Assembly: GCA_038207085.1 (NCBI GenBank)
Contig: JBBRAE010000007.1
Coordinates: 1-64,000, forward strand
Source: Armatimonadota bacterium
Lineage (GTDB): Bacteria > Armatimonadota > UBA5829 > DTLH01
Reading direction: 5' to 3'
Length of the DNA stretch: 64,000 bases
Shown: positions 28,595 to 38,294 of the stretch, piece by piece
Numbering within the stretch: the first letter of the stretch is position 1
How the letters are laid out: the number at the start of each line of letters is the position of its first letter
Notes under the pieces: generated by a model
What the model was told of the DNA's origin: nothing
What the model saw: the letters and a program-made list of their open reading frames with translations, nothing else
Database searches by the model: none
Position numbers and translations under genes: made by a program

Positions 28595-31267
28595 ATGATT
28601 TCCAACTATTATCGTCACCTGGCTGCGACATGTGCGCTAGCCGTATTTTGCCTGCTAGCTCCAAACGCGTGCAGCGCGGATACCGGGAAAATTGCAGTAG
28701 TAATGCAAGGCCTTTGGGGTGGACAGTCAGGCTCCTCCGCAATCCTTCCGACTGATCCGCTGATTCTGCTTATGAAGAAGAACCCCAACATACAGGCTAA
28801 AGAATGGGCTGGTCTTTCTCTACCAGGTGGCGGAGTCCGTACATCGCTTCTTATGTCCATCGCTGGAGGAAACGCTCCGGATCTCTACTATTGCTGGTCC
28901 CACATTATTAGAAACGACATCAAACAGGGTTTTCTTCTGCCACTTAATGAATGGATCGGTGATGACACCAACGGCAACGGTCAGATCGACGACAGCGAGG
29001 CGAAATGGGAGGGCTGGAAACTTATTCCACATCTCGCTCGCCAGATCGCTACTGTGAATGGCAAGGTCTACGGGTTGCCGACCGCCGGATCCTGGCAGAT
29101 GGGTATCATCTATCGCTCCGACCTCGTGCGCCAAGCAGGGCTTGATCCCAATAAGGCACCAAAGACGTGGGATGAGTTCTTCTACTGGTGCCAGAAACTG
29201 ACGAATCCTAAAAAAGGGTATTACGCGTTTGCGATCCCATCCCACGGGTTCACCTGGCTTCCGTGGCTAAACTCCGCTGGTGGTAGCGTCGTCATTCAGA
29301 TCAAGACGAGCACCAAGACCGGTAAGAAGTATTCCTTCCCGATGGAAGCCACCAGCTTTCTCGCGCCGGACACCGGAGAAGATTTGGGGCAAGCCCCCAC
29401 GGAATGGAAGGCGGATCTCGACAGCCCCGCAGCAATCCGGGCAACCGCGTTCTATCACAAACTCCGCTGGCAGAGATTCATCAAAGATCCCACTAACGAC
29501 GAACCCATCAACCTTACACCCAAGCAGGCAAAGACTGGCGAGATCAAGCTTGCAAACGGCAGAGTCGTGAAGTTCAAAGCCGAGGATGTCGTTGTAGGTG
29601 TCGCCCGAGGGTGGGGTGGACAAACAGCCGGTGTGGACTGGGGCGCAAAGATGCAGCGCGGCGAAATGGCGATGACCGAGTGGTTCTACAACCAGGCTGG
29701 TGAGATGGAACAGAGCATGGGCATCAACCCCGGGATACTGGGTGCCTTCGCTATCCCCGCTGGTCCCGGCGGCAAACAAGTTATCCAAGCCCAAAGACAC
29801 TTTGCAGTAATGACCGAAGGCGTAGCACGTCGCCCCAAGGCGGAGAGGGAAGCAGTTTGGAAAGTCCTCTCTACGCTTACTTCTCCGGCTGCTGTAGATG
29901 ACGGCATCCGAAAGATGGTCATCGCGGGCAAGGCCCGCTTCGTCAAACCCAAGGATCTGAAACGACTCGGCTACGAAGGCTACATCCGAGAAATTCCACA
30001 TTCACTTATGGCGATCCACACAGGGATCGAAAACGGAAGCATCTTCACCGGCACTGAGCCGTATGCCGGGTTCTGGGACACAATGAACACCGCCCTCAAC
30101 AACGAAGTGTTGAGTCTTGTGCTTTCTGATTCAGGAGAGCACGAGAACTACGTGAAAGACCTGAAAGCATTGAACTTCACGGCAAACACAGGTACAATGT
30201 TCGATCGCAGGCCTGAAGACATTGCCAAATATCGACCACTCGCGTGGCGGATATTCGGTGTTGTTGCCGCACTTGTGCTGTTCTTCGTAGCAATGATCGT
30301 CCGCACCAACCTGAAATCTGAGGTCAAAACGCCCAGCACCAGGCGCGCGGGAATATACAACACCTGGGTGCCGTGGCTGATTCTCTCCCCTGCCCTCGGA
30401 CTGATCGCGCTTTGGGGATATTATCCGCTTTTGCGCGGCGTAGTTATGGCGTTTCAAGACTATCACATCATCGGCGCGAAGCCTTGGGTTGGTCTTGATA
30501 ACTTCATCAACATATTTCTGAACCCCGACTTCTTCATATATATCAGACAGACACTTAAGTTCGTCGCGCTGAACCTCGTGTTCGCGTTCACCGCGCCGAT
30601 TATGCTCTCACTTCTTCTTTCTGAGATTCCTAGAGGAAAAGTCTTCTGGAGGAGCGTCTTTTTCCTGCCTCAGCTTACAAGCGGCCTGGTTATCACGCTG
30701 CTCTGGAAAATGATGTATAACGCAACAGACACAGGTCTTCTGAACCAGATGCTCCACTTCGGAATCAACATCCTGAACTACTTGCCGTTTGTCCACCTGA
30801 ATTACCAGGCAATCGACTGGCTGGGGAACCCCGCCACAGCTATGATGGCGACCATCGTCCCAGGCATCTGGGCTGGAATGGGAATGGCATCTCTTATCTA
30901 TCTTGCAGCACTGAAGGGCATACCTGACGAGCTTTATGAAGCCGCCGATCTAGACGGCGCAGGATTGATCGGCAAGCTCCGGTTCATCACGGTGCCCCAG
31001 CTTATGCCTCTTATCATAATCAACTTCGTCGGAGCGTTCATCGGAACATTCCAGAGTATGGGGAACATCTTCCTGCTCACGTTCGGTGGTCCCGGCAAGG
31101 AGACGATGGTCTTGAGTATGGCGATCTGGATCGAGGCGTACGCCAACCTCAGATTCAGCATCGCGACTGCTATGGCCTGGATACTTGGAAGCGCACTTAT
31201 CGGATTTGCATATATGCAGATAAGAGTGCTTCGCAAAGTCGAGTTCCGCAGAGTGGAGGAGATTTAA
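28595..31267 (+). CDS. Carbohydrate ABC transporter: solute-binding protein fused to a MalF/UgpA-type permease
   Basis: N-terminal SBP motifs (SIAGGNAPDL, NGKVYGLP, IYRSDL, PKTWDEF); C-terminal WVGLDNF, WLGNP and EAA loop LYEAADLDGAG. Confidence 0.9.
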   Translation: MISNYYRHLAATCALAVFCLLAPNACSADTGKIAVVMQGLWGGQSGSSAILPTDPLILLMKKNPNIQAKEWAGLSLPGGGVRTSLLMSIAGGNAPDLYYCWSHIIRNDIKQGFLLPLNEWIGDDTNGNGQIDDSEAKWEGWKLIPHLARQIATVNGKVYGLPTAGSWQMGIIYRSDLVRQAGLDPNKAPKTWDEFFYWCQKLTNPKKGYYAFAIPSHGFTWLPWLNSAGGSVVIQIKTSTKTGKKYSFPMEATSFLAPDTGEDLGQAPTEWKADLDSPAAIRATAFYHKLRWQRFIKDPTNDEPINLTPKQAKTGEIKLANGRVVKFKAEDVVVGVARGWGGQTAGVDWGAKMQRGEMAMTEWFYNQAGEMEQSMGINPGILGAFAIPAGPGGKQVIQAQRHFAVMTEGVARRPKAEREAVWKVLSTLTSPAAVDDGIRKMVIAGKARFVKPKDLKRLGYEGYIREIPHSLMAIHTGIENGSIFTGTEPYAGFWDTMNTALNNEVLSLVLSDSGEHENYVKDLKALNFTANTGTMFDRRPEDIAKYRPLAWRIFGVVAALVLFFVAMIVRTNLKSEVKTPSTRRAGIYNTWVPWLILSPALGLIALWGYYPLLRGVVMAFQDYHIIGAKPWVGLDNFINIFLNPDFFIYIRQTLKFVALNLVFAFTAPIMLSLLLSEIPRGKVFWRSVFFLPQLTSGLVITLLWKMMYNATDTGLLNQMLHFGINILNYLPFVHLNYQAIDWLGNPATAMMATIVPGIWAGMGMASLIYLAALKGIPDELYEAADLDGAGLIGKLRFITVPQLMPLIIINFVGAFIGTFQSMGNIFLLTFGGPGKETMVLSMAIWIEAYANLRFSIATAMAWILGSALIGFAYMQIRVLRKVEFRRVEEI

Positions 31268-31268
31268 G

Positions 31269-33527
31269 ATGTCGATTATACCCGAAGTTGGACGAAAGTC
31301 CCTTAAGATGCGACTTCTGGTCGCGGGCATGTATACTGTGCTGGCAGTGCTCGGCGTTGCTATGGCATATCCGTTCTTGATGACATTAACGGCTTCCGTG
31401 AGCACGGCAGTCGATTTCAATAGGTATGCCCCGCTCTCCCGCTCACTCTGGAGCAGAGAGGACAGGTTCATTAGAGGAATAGCACCGTATTATCCAGAAA
31501 CTGTGCGCGGTGCGTTTGACCATTACAGACATGCATTTCCCACTACTCCGGCGACTTGGACTACTTGGACTCTCGTTGGAGAAAACAAGAAGGTAAGCGA
31601 TGCGTTCGCGAAGAGCTATCTTGATCAGGCCAAGGACCCAAAGCGCTGGGTGCAGGTGCAGCGCATGTCTGCTGATTATGCCGACTTCTGCGCTCATTAT
31701 CCTATAAATGATGATGTCTGTATTTACGACGATAGACTGCTTGCATCGTTTTTCCGCGAACACTACGCGCAAATGGCTGCAAAGCAACCTGGGGCAGATA
31801 AACTATCGAAAGCAGATCTCCAAAAGCTATCGCTAAATCTTCTGAGCGACCGTTGGGGAGTGCCGATTGATGACTTCTTCATCATTCAGTCGAGTCGGGA
31901 AAAAGAGCTTCCGCTTGATCAGCACGGCTACTGGCCGGTTAACGATGGTCGGGCTGAAGACTTCGGACACATGGCTCGTGCCTATGAAGATCGCCTCTTC
32001 TTACCTCGCGGAATAAAAAACAAGTGGTACGATATACTGCAGAGCCCTGATAGCAGGAGCGTCCTTGGCTTGAAAGGCAGCGGCAAGATCCGAATCAGTG
32101 AGTTTAATGCCGCAATTGGCGCCAATTACGACTCGTTCAAGCGTGTTCCGTATGCTCCCGCAAACGATTCGCCCAAGAAGCTGCAGATGCTCTGGAATAA
32201 GTTCATCACTGAAGTTGTCCCTATATGTGAAGCCAGGCCGTTTCCTATGAAATCGGCATGGCTTAATGCTCTCAGTGCTCCGGACGTGCGCAAATTGGCT
32301 GGGTTCCCTGGTGACACTCCGGTCACGATTGATGACTATAACCGGGCGTTTGGAACTAACTTCAAGTCTCTGGTGGATACGCCATTCCCGGTCCCCGCCG
32401 ATGCGCCAGCAAATATGAAGGCCGCGTATCAGAAATTCGTCCAGAGTTACTATCCTGCGCGCATGATCGAACTGAAGACCACACCTGCGATGAACGCCGC
32501 ATTCCGAGATTACGTCAAGGGAATGTTCTATGGCGATCTGAAGACCGCTAACACGACGCTGAAGACCCACTACAATTCGTGGGACGATGTCAAACTCTCA
32601 GCTACGATGCCTACAGTAAACGATGCCATCGCCGGCGCGTGGTTCAGGTTTGTTGACACCCTGCCCTACTCAACAAAGATCACTCACAGCTCAGAGGCAA
32701 GCTATCAGCAATATTTGCTCAAGAAGCATGGTAGCCTTGCTGAGGTCAACAGGCTTTACGGCACGGACTATAAGAATATTGAGCTGGCGTCGCCAAGATT
32801 CGACATGGCCTACCTCACCACGTTCGTGAAGAACGAGCGTCCGCTTTACATTGCATCGCTTACTCAGAACTATGATTTCGTGCTTCACTATATGCTCTTC
32901 CGGGGCCGTGCGGTTGCCAACACGACGATACTTATCGCACTGATGCTCCTCGCGTCGCTTACAGTCAACCCGCTTGCGGCTTACGCCCTGTCACGCTTCC
33001 AGATGAGAGCGACCCCGACTGTTATTCTCTTTATGCTCTCGACTATGGCGTTTCCTGCGGCTGTTTCGATGATCCCGGGTTACCTATTGATGAGGGACCT
33101 GCATCTTCTAAACACCTACGCAGCGCTTATTCTACCAAGTGTAGCAAACGGCATGAGCATATTCCTGTTGAAGGGGTTCTTTGACAGCCTGCCGCCGGAA
33201 CTCTATGAGGCTGCAGCTCTAGATGGTGCGCCAGAGTGGCTTGTGTTCGTGCGGATCACACTGCCACTCTCAAAACCGATTCTCGCAGTTATCGCACTTG
33301 GAAGTTTCTTTGCCGCATACGGCTCGTGGGAGTGGGCGATTATCGTATGTCAGAAGCCGCAGATGTGGACCCTTGCGGTTTGGCTGTATCAGTTCAATAC
33401 CACGTATGCATCCCTGCCTTGGACAGTTATGGCATCGTTTGTTCTGATGTCGGTACCCGTGTTCGTGGTGTTCCTGCTCTGCCAGAACATCATCCTGCGC
33501 GGTATCATCCTGCCGCAGATGAAGTAA
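31269..33527 (+). CDS. Carbohydrate ABC permease (MalG/UgpE-type) with an extracytoplasmic insert of about 490 aa
   Basis: N-terminal TM (YPFLM), C-terminal AAYALSRF and FLLKGFFDSLPPELYEAAALDGA, LPLSKPIL. Confidence 0.9.
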   Translation: MSIIPEVGRKSLKMRLLVAGMYTVLAVLGVAMAYPFLMTLTASVSTAVDFNRYAPLSRSLWSREDRFIRGIAPYYPETVRGAFDHYRHAFPTTPATWTTWTLVGENKKVSDAFAKSYLDQAKDPKRWVQVQRMSADYADFCAHYPINDDVCIYDDRLLASFFREHYAQMAAKQPGADKLSKADLQKLSLNLLSDRWGVPIDDFFIIQSSREKELPLDQHGYWPVNDGRAEDFGHMARAYEDRLFLPRGIKNKWYDILQSPDSRSVLGLKGSGKIRISEFNAAIGANYDSFKRVPYAPANDSPKKLQMLWNKFITEVVPICEARPFPMKSAWLNALSAPDVRKLAGFPGDTPVTIDDYNRAFGTNFKSLVDTPFPVPADAPANMKAAYQKFVQSYYPARMIELKTTPAMNAAFRDYVKGMFYGDLKTANTTLKTHYNSWDDVKLSATMPTVNDAIAGAWFRFVDTLPYSTKITHSSEASYQQYLLKKHGSLAEVNRLYGTDYKNIELASPRFDMAYLTTFVKNERPLYIASLTQNYDFVLHYMLFRGRAVANTTILIALMLLASLTVNPLAAYALSRFQMRATPTVILFMLSTMAFPAAVSMIPGYLLMRDLHLLNTYAALILPSVANGMSIFLLKGFFDSLPPELYEAAALDGAPEWLVFVRITLPLSKPILAVIALGSFFAAYGSWEWAIIVCQKPQMWTLAVWLYQFNTTYASLPWTVMASFVLMSVPVFVVFLLCQNIILRGIILPQMK

Positions 33528-33586
33528 ACCGGCCAAGCAGTCCATACTTGAGACCATAGGGAGCCTCTCGAAGTTCGAGAAGCTCC

Positions 33587-34801
33587 CTATTTTTGTCTGT
33601 CGCTTGCGCGGGGCCGCTGCCGCATCATGGTGCGCTTGGTAGTGATCGAGAGGTCTGAAGATGCTATTTCGCTCAGGCTCCGCGGGGTCGATGTGACCGC
33701 ACAGACCTGCATTGCTCCACCATTGGACTTCTTCGAACACGCTGCAGTCGCTATGAGGCATGCCGCCCCTGCTGTGACAAGCAGCGTGAAGTTGCCCTTC
33801 GACTTGCGCTGTGGCTGAGGCTTCTCCTCCAGCCCAGCATCAACCGCTGATGCGACGATCTCTTCGCACCGGGAGGACTTCCGCAGCGCGGCAAGGTTTT
33901 GCGCTATCGTCGGGTCAGGACTGCTCATGAGGCCGTCCAGAACAGAACGCACAAACGACGCGTACGCCCCCACCCTTACAGCCGCCGGCTCGTCTGGATC
34001 GGTCTCGACCAGAAACGCGCATATCCCCCGAGATAGCAGTGCTCGGTGGGCGAGCCTGTTGTCGCATTCCGGTCCGTAGTAAATCGGTTTGAGTGGAAGA
34101 ACGTTCCCCTGCCCTGCTCTGAACGCATACGCCGACAATCGCCTGGCGAGCATGTTCTGTGGCGTGTCACCGAAGGCTGGAGCTTCAATGCAGTCAGGTG
34201 TGTGGGGGTCGTCGCTCGTCCACTCGTGCATGTCGATCACGACCTCGGGACGAAACCTCTTGATGAACCTCAACACCGACGCCGTCTCCGGCTGCGTTGC
34301 ACATGCCCAGTCTCTGTTCAAGTCAGACATTGCGGCGTTTAGGCGCCTGTGGGCAGAAAAGCCGTCGGGGTTTACTATCGGGATGACAGCGACGACGCAC
34401 TTACTGAGCGTTTCCACGGGAAACTCTCTGCTGCCGACAGCGATCTGGTCGCAGATGTCGAGCGCGGCCCGCACGGGCGTCGGTTCGTTGCCGTGCTGAC
34501 CGGATATGACAAGAACCCTCGTTCGCTTGTTATAGCTGGATGGGTCACGACTCGGCTCCGTGAGTATTACGGCTTTGATCGGCCGCCCGTGCCTTGATCG
34601 ACCGATCTGGGTGACTCCAGCGCCCGAAAGCGTCTCAAGTCGCTCCAGTCTATCTTCCACACGCGCACAGACGTCTGCGGCCCGCGCGGAACCGGCGACA
34701 AGCATCGACGCCCCGAGGCCGAGGGCCAATATCGATACGGCTAACCTGTTCCGTTTGGGTAGATTCGATCGCCTAATGGCGGTTATCGAGGAACCGCGCA
34801 T
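33587..34801 (-). CDS. M14 family zinc carboxypeptidase with signal peptide and C-terminal hydrophobic segment
   Basis: QHGNE, IVNPDG, R.NA..DLNRDW, IDMHE and LVET. Confidence 0.88.
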   Translation of the reverse strand: MRGSSITAIRRSNLPKRNRLAVSILALGLGASMLVAGSARAADVCARVEDRLERLETLSGAGVTQIGRSRHGRPIKAVILTEPSRDPSSYNKRTRVLVISGQHGNEPTPVRAALDICDQIAVGSREFPVETLSKCVVAVIPIVNPDGFSAHRRLNAAMSDLNRDWACATQPETASVLRFIKRFRPEVVIDMHEWTSDDPHTPDCIEAPAFGDTPQNMLARRLSAYAFRAGQGNVLPLKPIYYGPECDNRLAHRALLSRGICAFLVETDPDEPAAVRVGAYASFVRSVLDGLMSSPDPTIAQNLAALRKSSRCEEIVASAVDAGLEEKPQPQRKSKGNFTLLVTAGAACLIATAACSKKSNGGAMQVCAVTSTPRSLSEIASSDLSITTKRTMMRQRPRASDRQK

Positions 34802-35231
34802 CGTTCCTTGCCGGAGGTCGGTGGTAGACGTTCTTCAGCTCCCTGTGGCGTGTCATTGAACGAAGCTCGACCTCGACCTCTTTCAGTTCTCCAGCAAGCG
34901 CAGTCTGACATTCCATCTGTTTGCCGAGAAGCCTCGCCTGTTCCGCCTCCACCTGCTCAATCGCGGCCCCAAGTTCTTTACCAATCCCACCGGTCTCTGC
35001 AACGGTCAATTTCACCGCAGCGCTCAGTTCGAACGCAGCTTCTGTCACGCGGCGACAGAGCGCTGCGCGGGTATCGAGCATCGACCCAACGATGCTTTGA
35101 TCGTCCTCCCACAGCCGAATCGCAGTGGTGAGATCATCGGTCGTCTGCTCAGCGGCGAGAAGCGCCTGGACGCAGTTCTTTGCCGCATCAATGGCCTGTT
35201 CCTGACTGTTCTTCTGCGCGGTTGCTATCAT
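34773..35231 (-). CDS. Helical flagellar chaperone, FliT-like
   Basis: Follows fliS; coiled-coil character; C-terminal Y....ARFLDNR resembles the tails of FliT/FlgN-type chaperones. Confidence 0.55.
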   Translation of the reverse strand: MIATAQKNSQEQAIDAAKNCVQALLAAEQTTDDLTTAIRLWEDDQSIVGSMLDTRAALCRRVTEAAFELSAAVKLTVAETGGIGKELGAAIEQVEAEQARLLGKQMECQTALAGELKEVEVELRSMTRHRELKNVYHRPPARNDARFLDNRH

Positions 35232-35233
35232 AT

Positions 35234-35656
35234 CTATCGAGCCCCCACAGCCATCGCGGCGGTCGCAGACGGAATACCCGAACGGACGACCATTTCAGCC
35301 TCAGACCAGGTCTGACGCATCTCAGCCAGCATCTCAATGACCTCCGCAAGCGCTGCCTGGTCATCGGTAATGCTCGCATGTGTCAACCTGTCGAACATGA
35401 AGCTGTAGAGGCCGTATAGATCGTCGGCAAGCTTGGGATCGGCCTTTTTGTTCAGAGTGGACATCAGCTCAACTAGAATATTCTGCACTCGTCTGATGTT
35501 TCTGCTCTGTTCGTCGAGGTTATGCTCCTGCATGCTCTCCGTCGCGGCTTTTGCAAACTTAATCGCAGCATCGAAGGTCATCACCAGGAGCTTTCCCGGC
35601 GTCGCTGTCTTTAACTGGTTCTCCAAATACTGATTGTATGGGTTACTGGTAATCAT
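35234..35656 (-). CDS. fliS: Flagellar export chaperone FliS
   Basis: NPYNQY..TATPGKLLVMTFD, LYGLYSFM and MRQTW. Confidence 0.95.
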   Translation of the reverse strand: MITSNPYNQYLENQLKTATPGKLLVMTFDAAIKFAKAATESMQEHNLDEQSRNIRRVQNILVELMSTLNKKADPKLADDLYGLYSFMFDRLTHASITDDQAALAEVIEMLAEMRQTWSEAEMVVRSGIPSATAAMAVGAR

Positions 35657-35724
35657 GGCATCCTGCCTTTCCTCTCCTTCGTAAACGGCGCATTTACCGT
35701 TCACGTCCTACGTCGGAGGTTACT

Positions 35725-38094
35725 TTACAACCGCCATCCTGCGGATGCTGAAGCGAGTGACGACGACAGGGAACTGCCCTGCCCTTGTAGTCTGCTCATA
35801 GCCCCTTCCATCAGGGCAAACTTGGTAACTAGAAACTCGCGCTTCCGTGTGACACGGTCTTCCCACATCTTGATTTCTTCGTCAATGCTGGTCGTCTGTG
35901 TTGTGAGAAGGTCTTTTGAACTCGAAACGGCTCCTGTCTTGGCTTGTGTGACATTGTCCAGATACTCGCTGAAGAGAGCACCGATACCCTTGCTCACGGT
36001 TATCTTGCCGAGGTCGCCCATAGTCGTAGCCGTAATTTTGAGCGCCAGGCCATCGGTATTGGCGTTGCCGTCGTTGCCGGTCAGTATTTGACCTCTTCCG
36101 GTAGCCAACTCGCCGTTTATCGTTCCCGCAACGTCCTGTCCGATTGTTCCTGTCCCCGTGCCTGACTCACCCGATGAACTACCGACGACAAGCTCGTTCC
36201 TGCCGAATCCGTCAGTGTCGTCAGTGGGATCATCCCCACCGTTTGACACACCTGAGCGCACCGTGATCGTCTTAGGAGAGCCGGATTGCGTGGCCGTAAG
36301 CGTGAGATAGTCACCTGTCCCCTGTCCGTTGATGTCGGTCCGAGAGGCGACGACTCCGGTTGTCCCCGTATACTCGTTGATCTTATCGGCCACCTGCTGC
36401 CCGGTCATGTTCATGGTCAGGGCTATTACCTTGCCGTTGACCGTAATCGTCTGGTCTTTCCCGATAGTCTTTGTCAGTGCGACGCCCGCAGTTATGCGTG
36501 AGATAAAGTCCGATCCACTAGTCGTAACGCCACCAGTGCCAGTACCGGCCTCGCCTTTGACGCTGCTCTGCACGATCTGCACGGTTCCGAATCCCGAGGT
36601 AGCATTATTTGGAACTGTGCCGCCATTGGATGTGTTCGAGACTACCTTGATGACCTTGGATGATCCGTAAGCGGACGCCGTCAGCGTAAGATAGTCACCC
36701 GATCCTGTGCCGTCGATGCCGGTCCGCGACGCGGTGACGCCGGTGCTGTTCTTAAACTCGTTGATCCTTGCGATCACCTGGGTGGGAGTCAGACCAGAGG
36801 AGAGCGTGATATCCTTGCCATTGACCGAGATCGTCTCATCCTGCCCGAGGTTCGATGTCTGAGCTACGCCTGAGGTCACGCGAGTCTGAGTAGCCGCGGT
36901 CGTAATGTTGACCGCATAGCCCGTGTTTGTTTCTTTGGTCTCAGCCTTGGCCGACGAAAGCGACACAAACGTGCTGTCGGCAGTACCCATAGTCGAGAAT
37001 AGCCGTTTGAGGTGCTCTGGACTGTCAGCGATCACTTCATCAAGCACGCTATCATCGATGGTAAGCTTGTTGTCACTGGACATCGACGTTATCCCGACCT
37101 GAGAGAGCATTATATACTTCGCTGATTTGTCACTTATCGGGCTGAACACTCGGTTTATCAAGTCGGACTGGATAGCCTGCAGCGTGGTGTCACCCATCAA
37201 CGGGCCACCCTTATTCGACGCAGAATCAAACTTGGACTGCTGGTTCATAAAATCTGTGAGGTTGTTATACTGTTCGACGAACTCTTTGATCGCCTTTTTC
37301 ACTTCTTCGGGATTATTCTCGAGTGTGATGGTCACAGTCTTTGACGCGTCATCCTTCTGAAGGTTCAGAGTGACTCCGGGGATCAAATCCGTGATTGTGT
37401 TTGCGCTCTTACTGACGGTGAGAGCTCCCTCCCCCTGTCCAAGAGTGACCGAGGCATTCCTGGCCGCCTGCATAATGCTTAGAGTCGGAGCCGTGCCACC
37501 CGAAAGTGTGCTCCCCACCGTCACCGCGCCGGACTCGCCGCTGGTCTTGCTGGTGATAACCAGACGATAGGGATTGGTTGCATCGCCATCATTTACGATA
37601 GCCGCCGCGACTCCCGCGTCTGCGTTGTTAATCGCGTTTTTGAGGCCTTCAAGGGTATTATTGGCGTCAGTGACCAATATTTCTTTGGGCGCGCCGCTTC
37701 CGACGGTGATCGTAATCTTCCCAGTCCCTACTCGGGTGCTCGTGGTGTCGGCGTAACCCTGGGATTTTTGCTGCTCCGCGCGTGCCGTCGCGTTGACTGT
37801 AACGTAGTAGATCCCGGACGATGCGCTTGAGTTCGCGGAACCCTTGATCAGAGTGTCATCACCCGTGGTAAAAGTCTTCGCATCGAAAGTCGATGGCTTT
37901 ACAAGAGTGTCGATCTTCTCCTTCACAGCGAGCAGGCGTGTATTTGCCGTCTGCCATGCGGCGATTTGGGTACTGACCGTGTCTTTCTTTGCCTGAAGCC
38001 GATCAATCGGCTGGCGCTCGATCTGGATCATCTTGTCGATGATCCCCTGGGTGTCCATACCGGATGCAAGCCCACTTACTACTGAAGATGCCAT
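35725..38094 (-). CDS. fliD: Flagellar filament cap protein FliD (long, with internal duplication)
   Basis: SGLASGMDT..IIDKMIQIER, NTITDLIPGVTLNL, FVEQYN, GPLMGD and KFALMEGAMSRL. Confidence 0.95.
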   Translation of the reverse strand: MASSVVSGLASGMDTQGIIDKMIQIERQPIDRLQAKKDTVSTQIAAWQTANTRLLAVKEKIDTLVKPSTFDAKTFTTGDDTLIKGSANSSASSGIYYVTVNATARAEQQKSQGYADTTSTRVGTGKITITVGSGAPKEILVTDANNTLEGLKNAINNADAGVAAAIVNDGDATNPYRLVITSKTSGESGAVTVGSTLSGGTAPTLSIMQAARNASVTLGQGEGALTVSKSANTITDLIPGVTLNLQKDDASKTVTITLENNPEEVKKAIKEFVEQYNNLTDFMNQQSKFDSASNKGGPLMGDTTLQAIQSDLINRVFSPISDKSAKYIMLSQVGITSMSSDNKLTIDDSVLDEVIADSPEHLKRLFSTMGTADSTFVSLSSAKAETKETNTGYAVNITTAATQTRVTSGVAQTSNLGQDETISVNGKDITLSSGLTPTQVIARINEFKNSTGVTASRTGIDGTGSGDYLTLTASAYGSSKVIKVVSNTSNGGTVPNNATSGFGTVQIVQSSVKGEAGTGTGGVTTSGSDFISRITAGVALTKTIGKDQTITVNGKVIALTMNMTGQQVADKINEYTGTTGVVASRTDINGQGTGDYLTLTATQSGSPKTITVRSGVSNGGDDPTDDTDGFGRNELVVGSSSGESGTGTGTIGQDVAGTINGELATGRGQILTGNDGNANTDGLALKITATTMGDLGKITVSKGIGALFSEYLDNVTQAKTGAVSSSKDLLTTQTTSIDEEIKMWEDRVTRKREFLVTKFALMEGAMSRLQGQGSSLSSSLASASAGWRL

Positions 38095-38230
38095 CCAATC
38101 AACCTCCTTTCGATGCCTTACGCGGCTTTGTCTATATATAGACCGGGCCGAGTTTCAGTATATCGTCCATTGCGTTTACCACCTTCTGATGTGGCGCTTT
38201 TCCGATTGTCATGCTGGCCTCCTCTCAACC

Positions 38231-38272
38231 GAGAGTGGCGGCTGCCCGAGTTTCCCCGAGCAGCCGCCCACC
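38231..38272 (-). terminator. Hairpin downstream of fliC
   Basis: GGCGGCTGC-CG..CG-GCAGCCGCC inverted repeat. Confidence 0.55.
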
Positions 38273-38294
38273 AATCAGTGAAGGCTAGCCTTCA

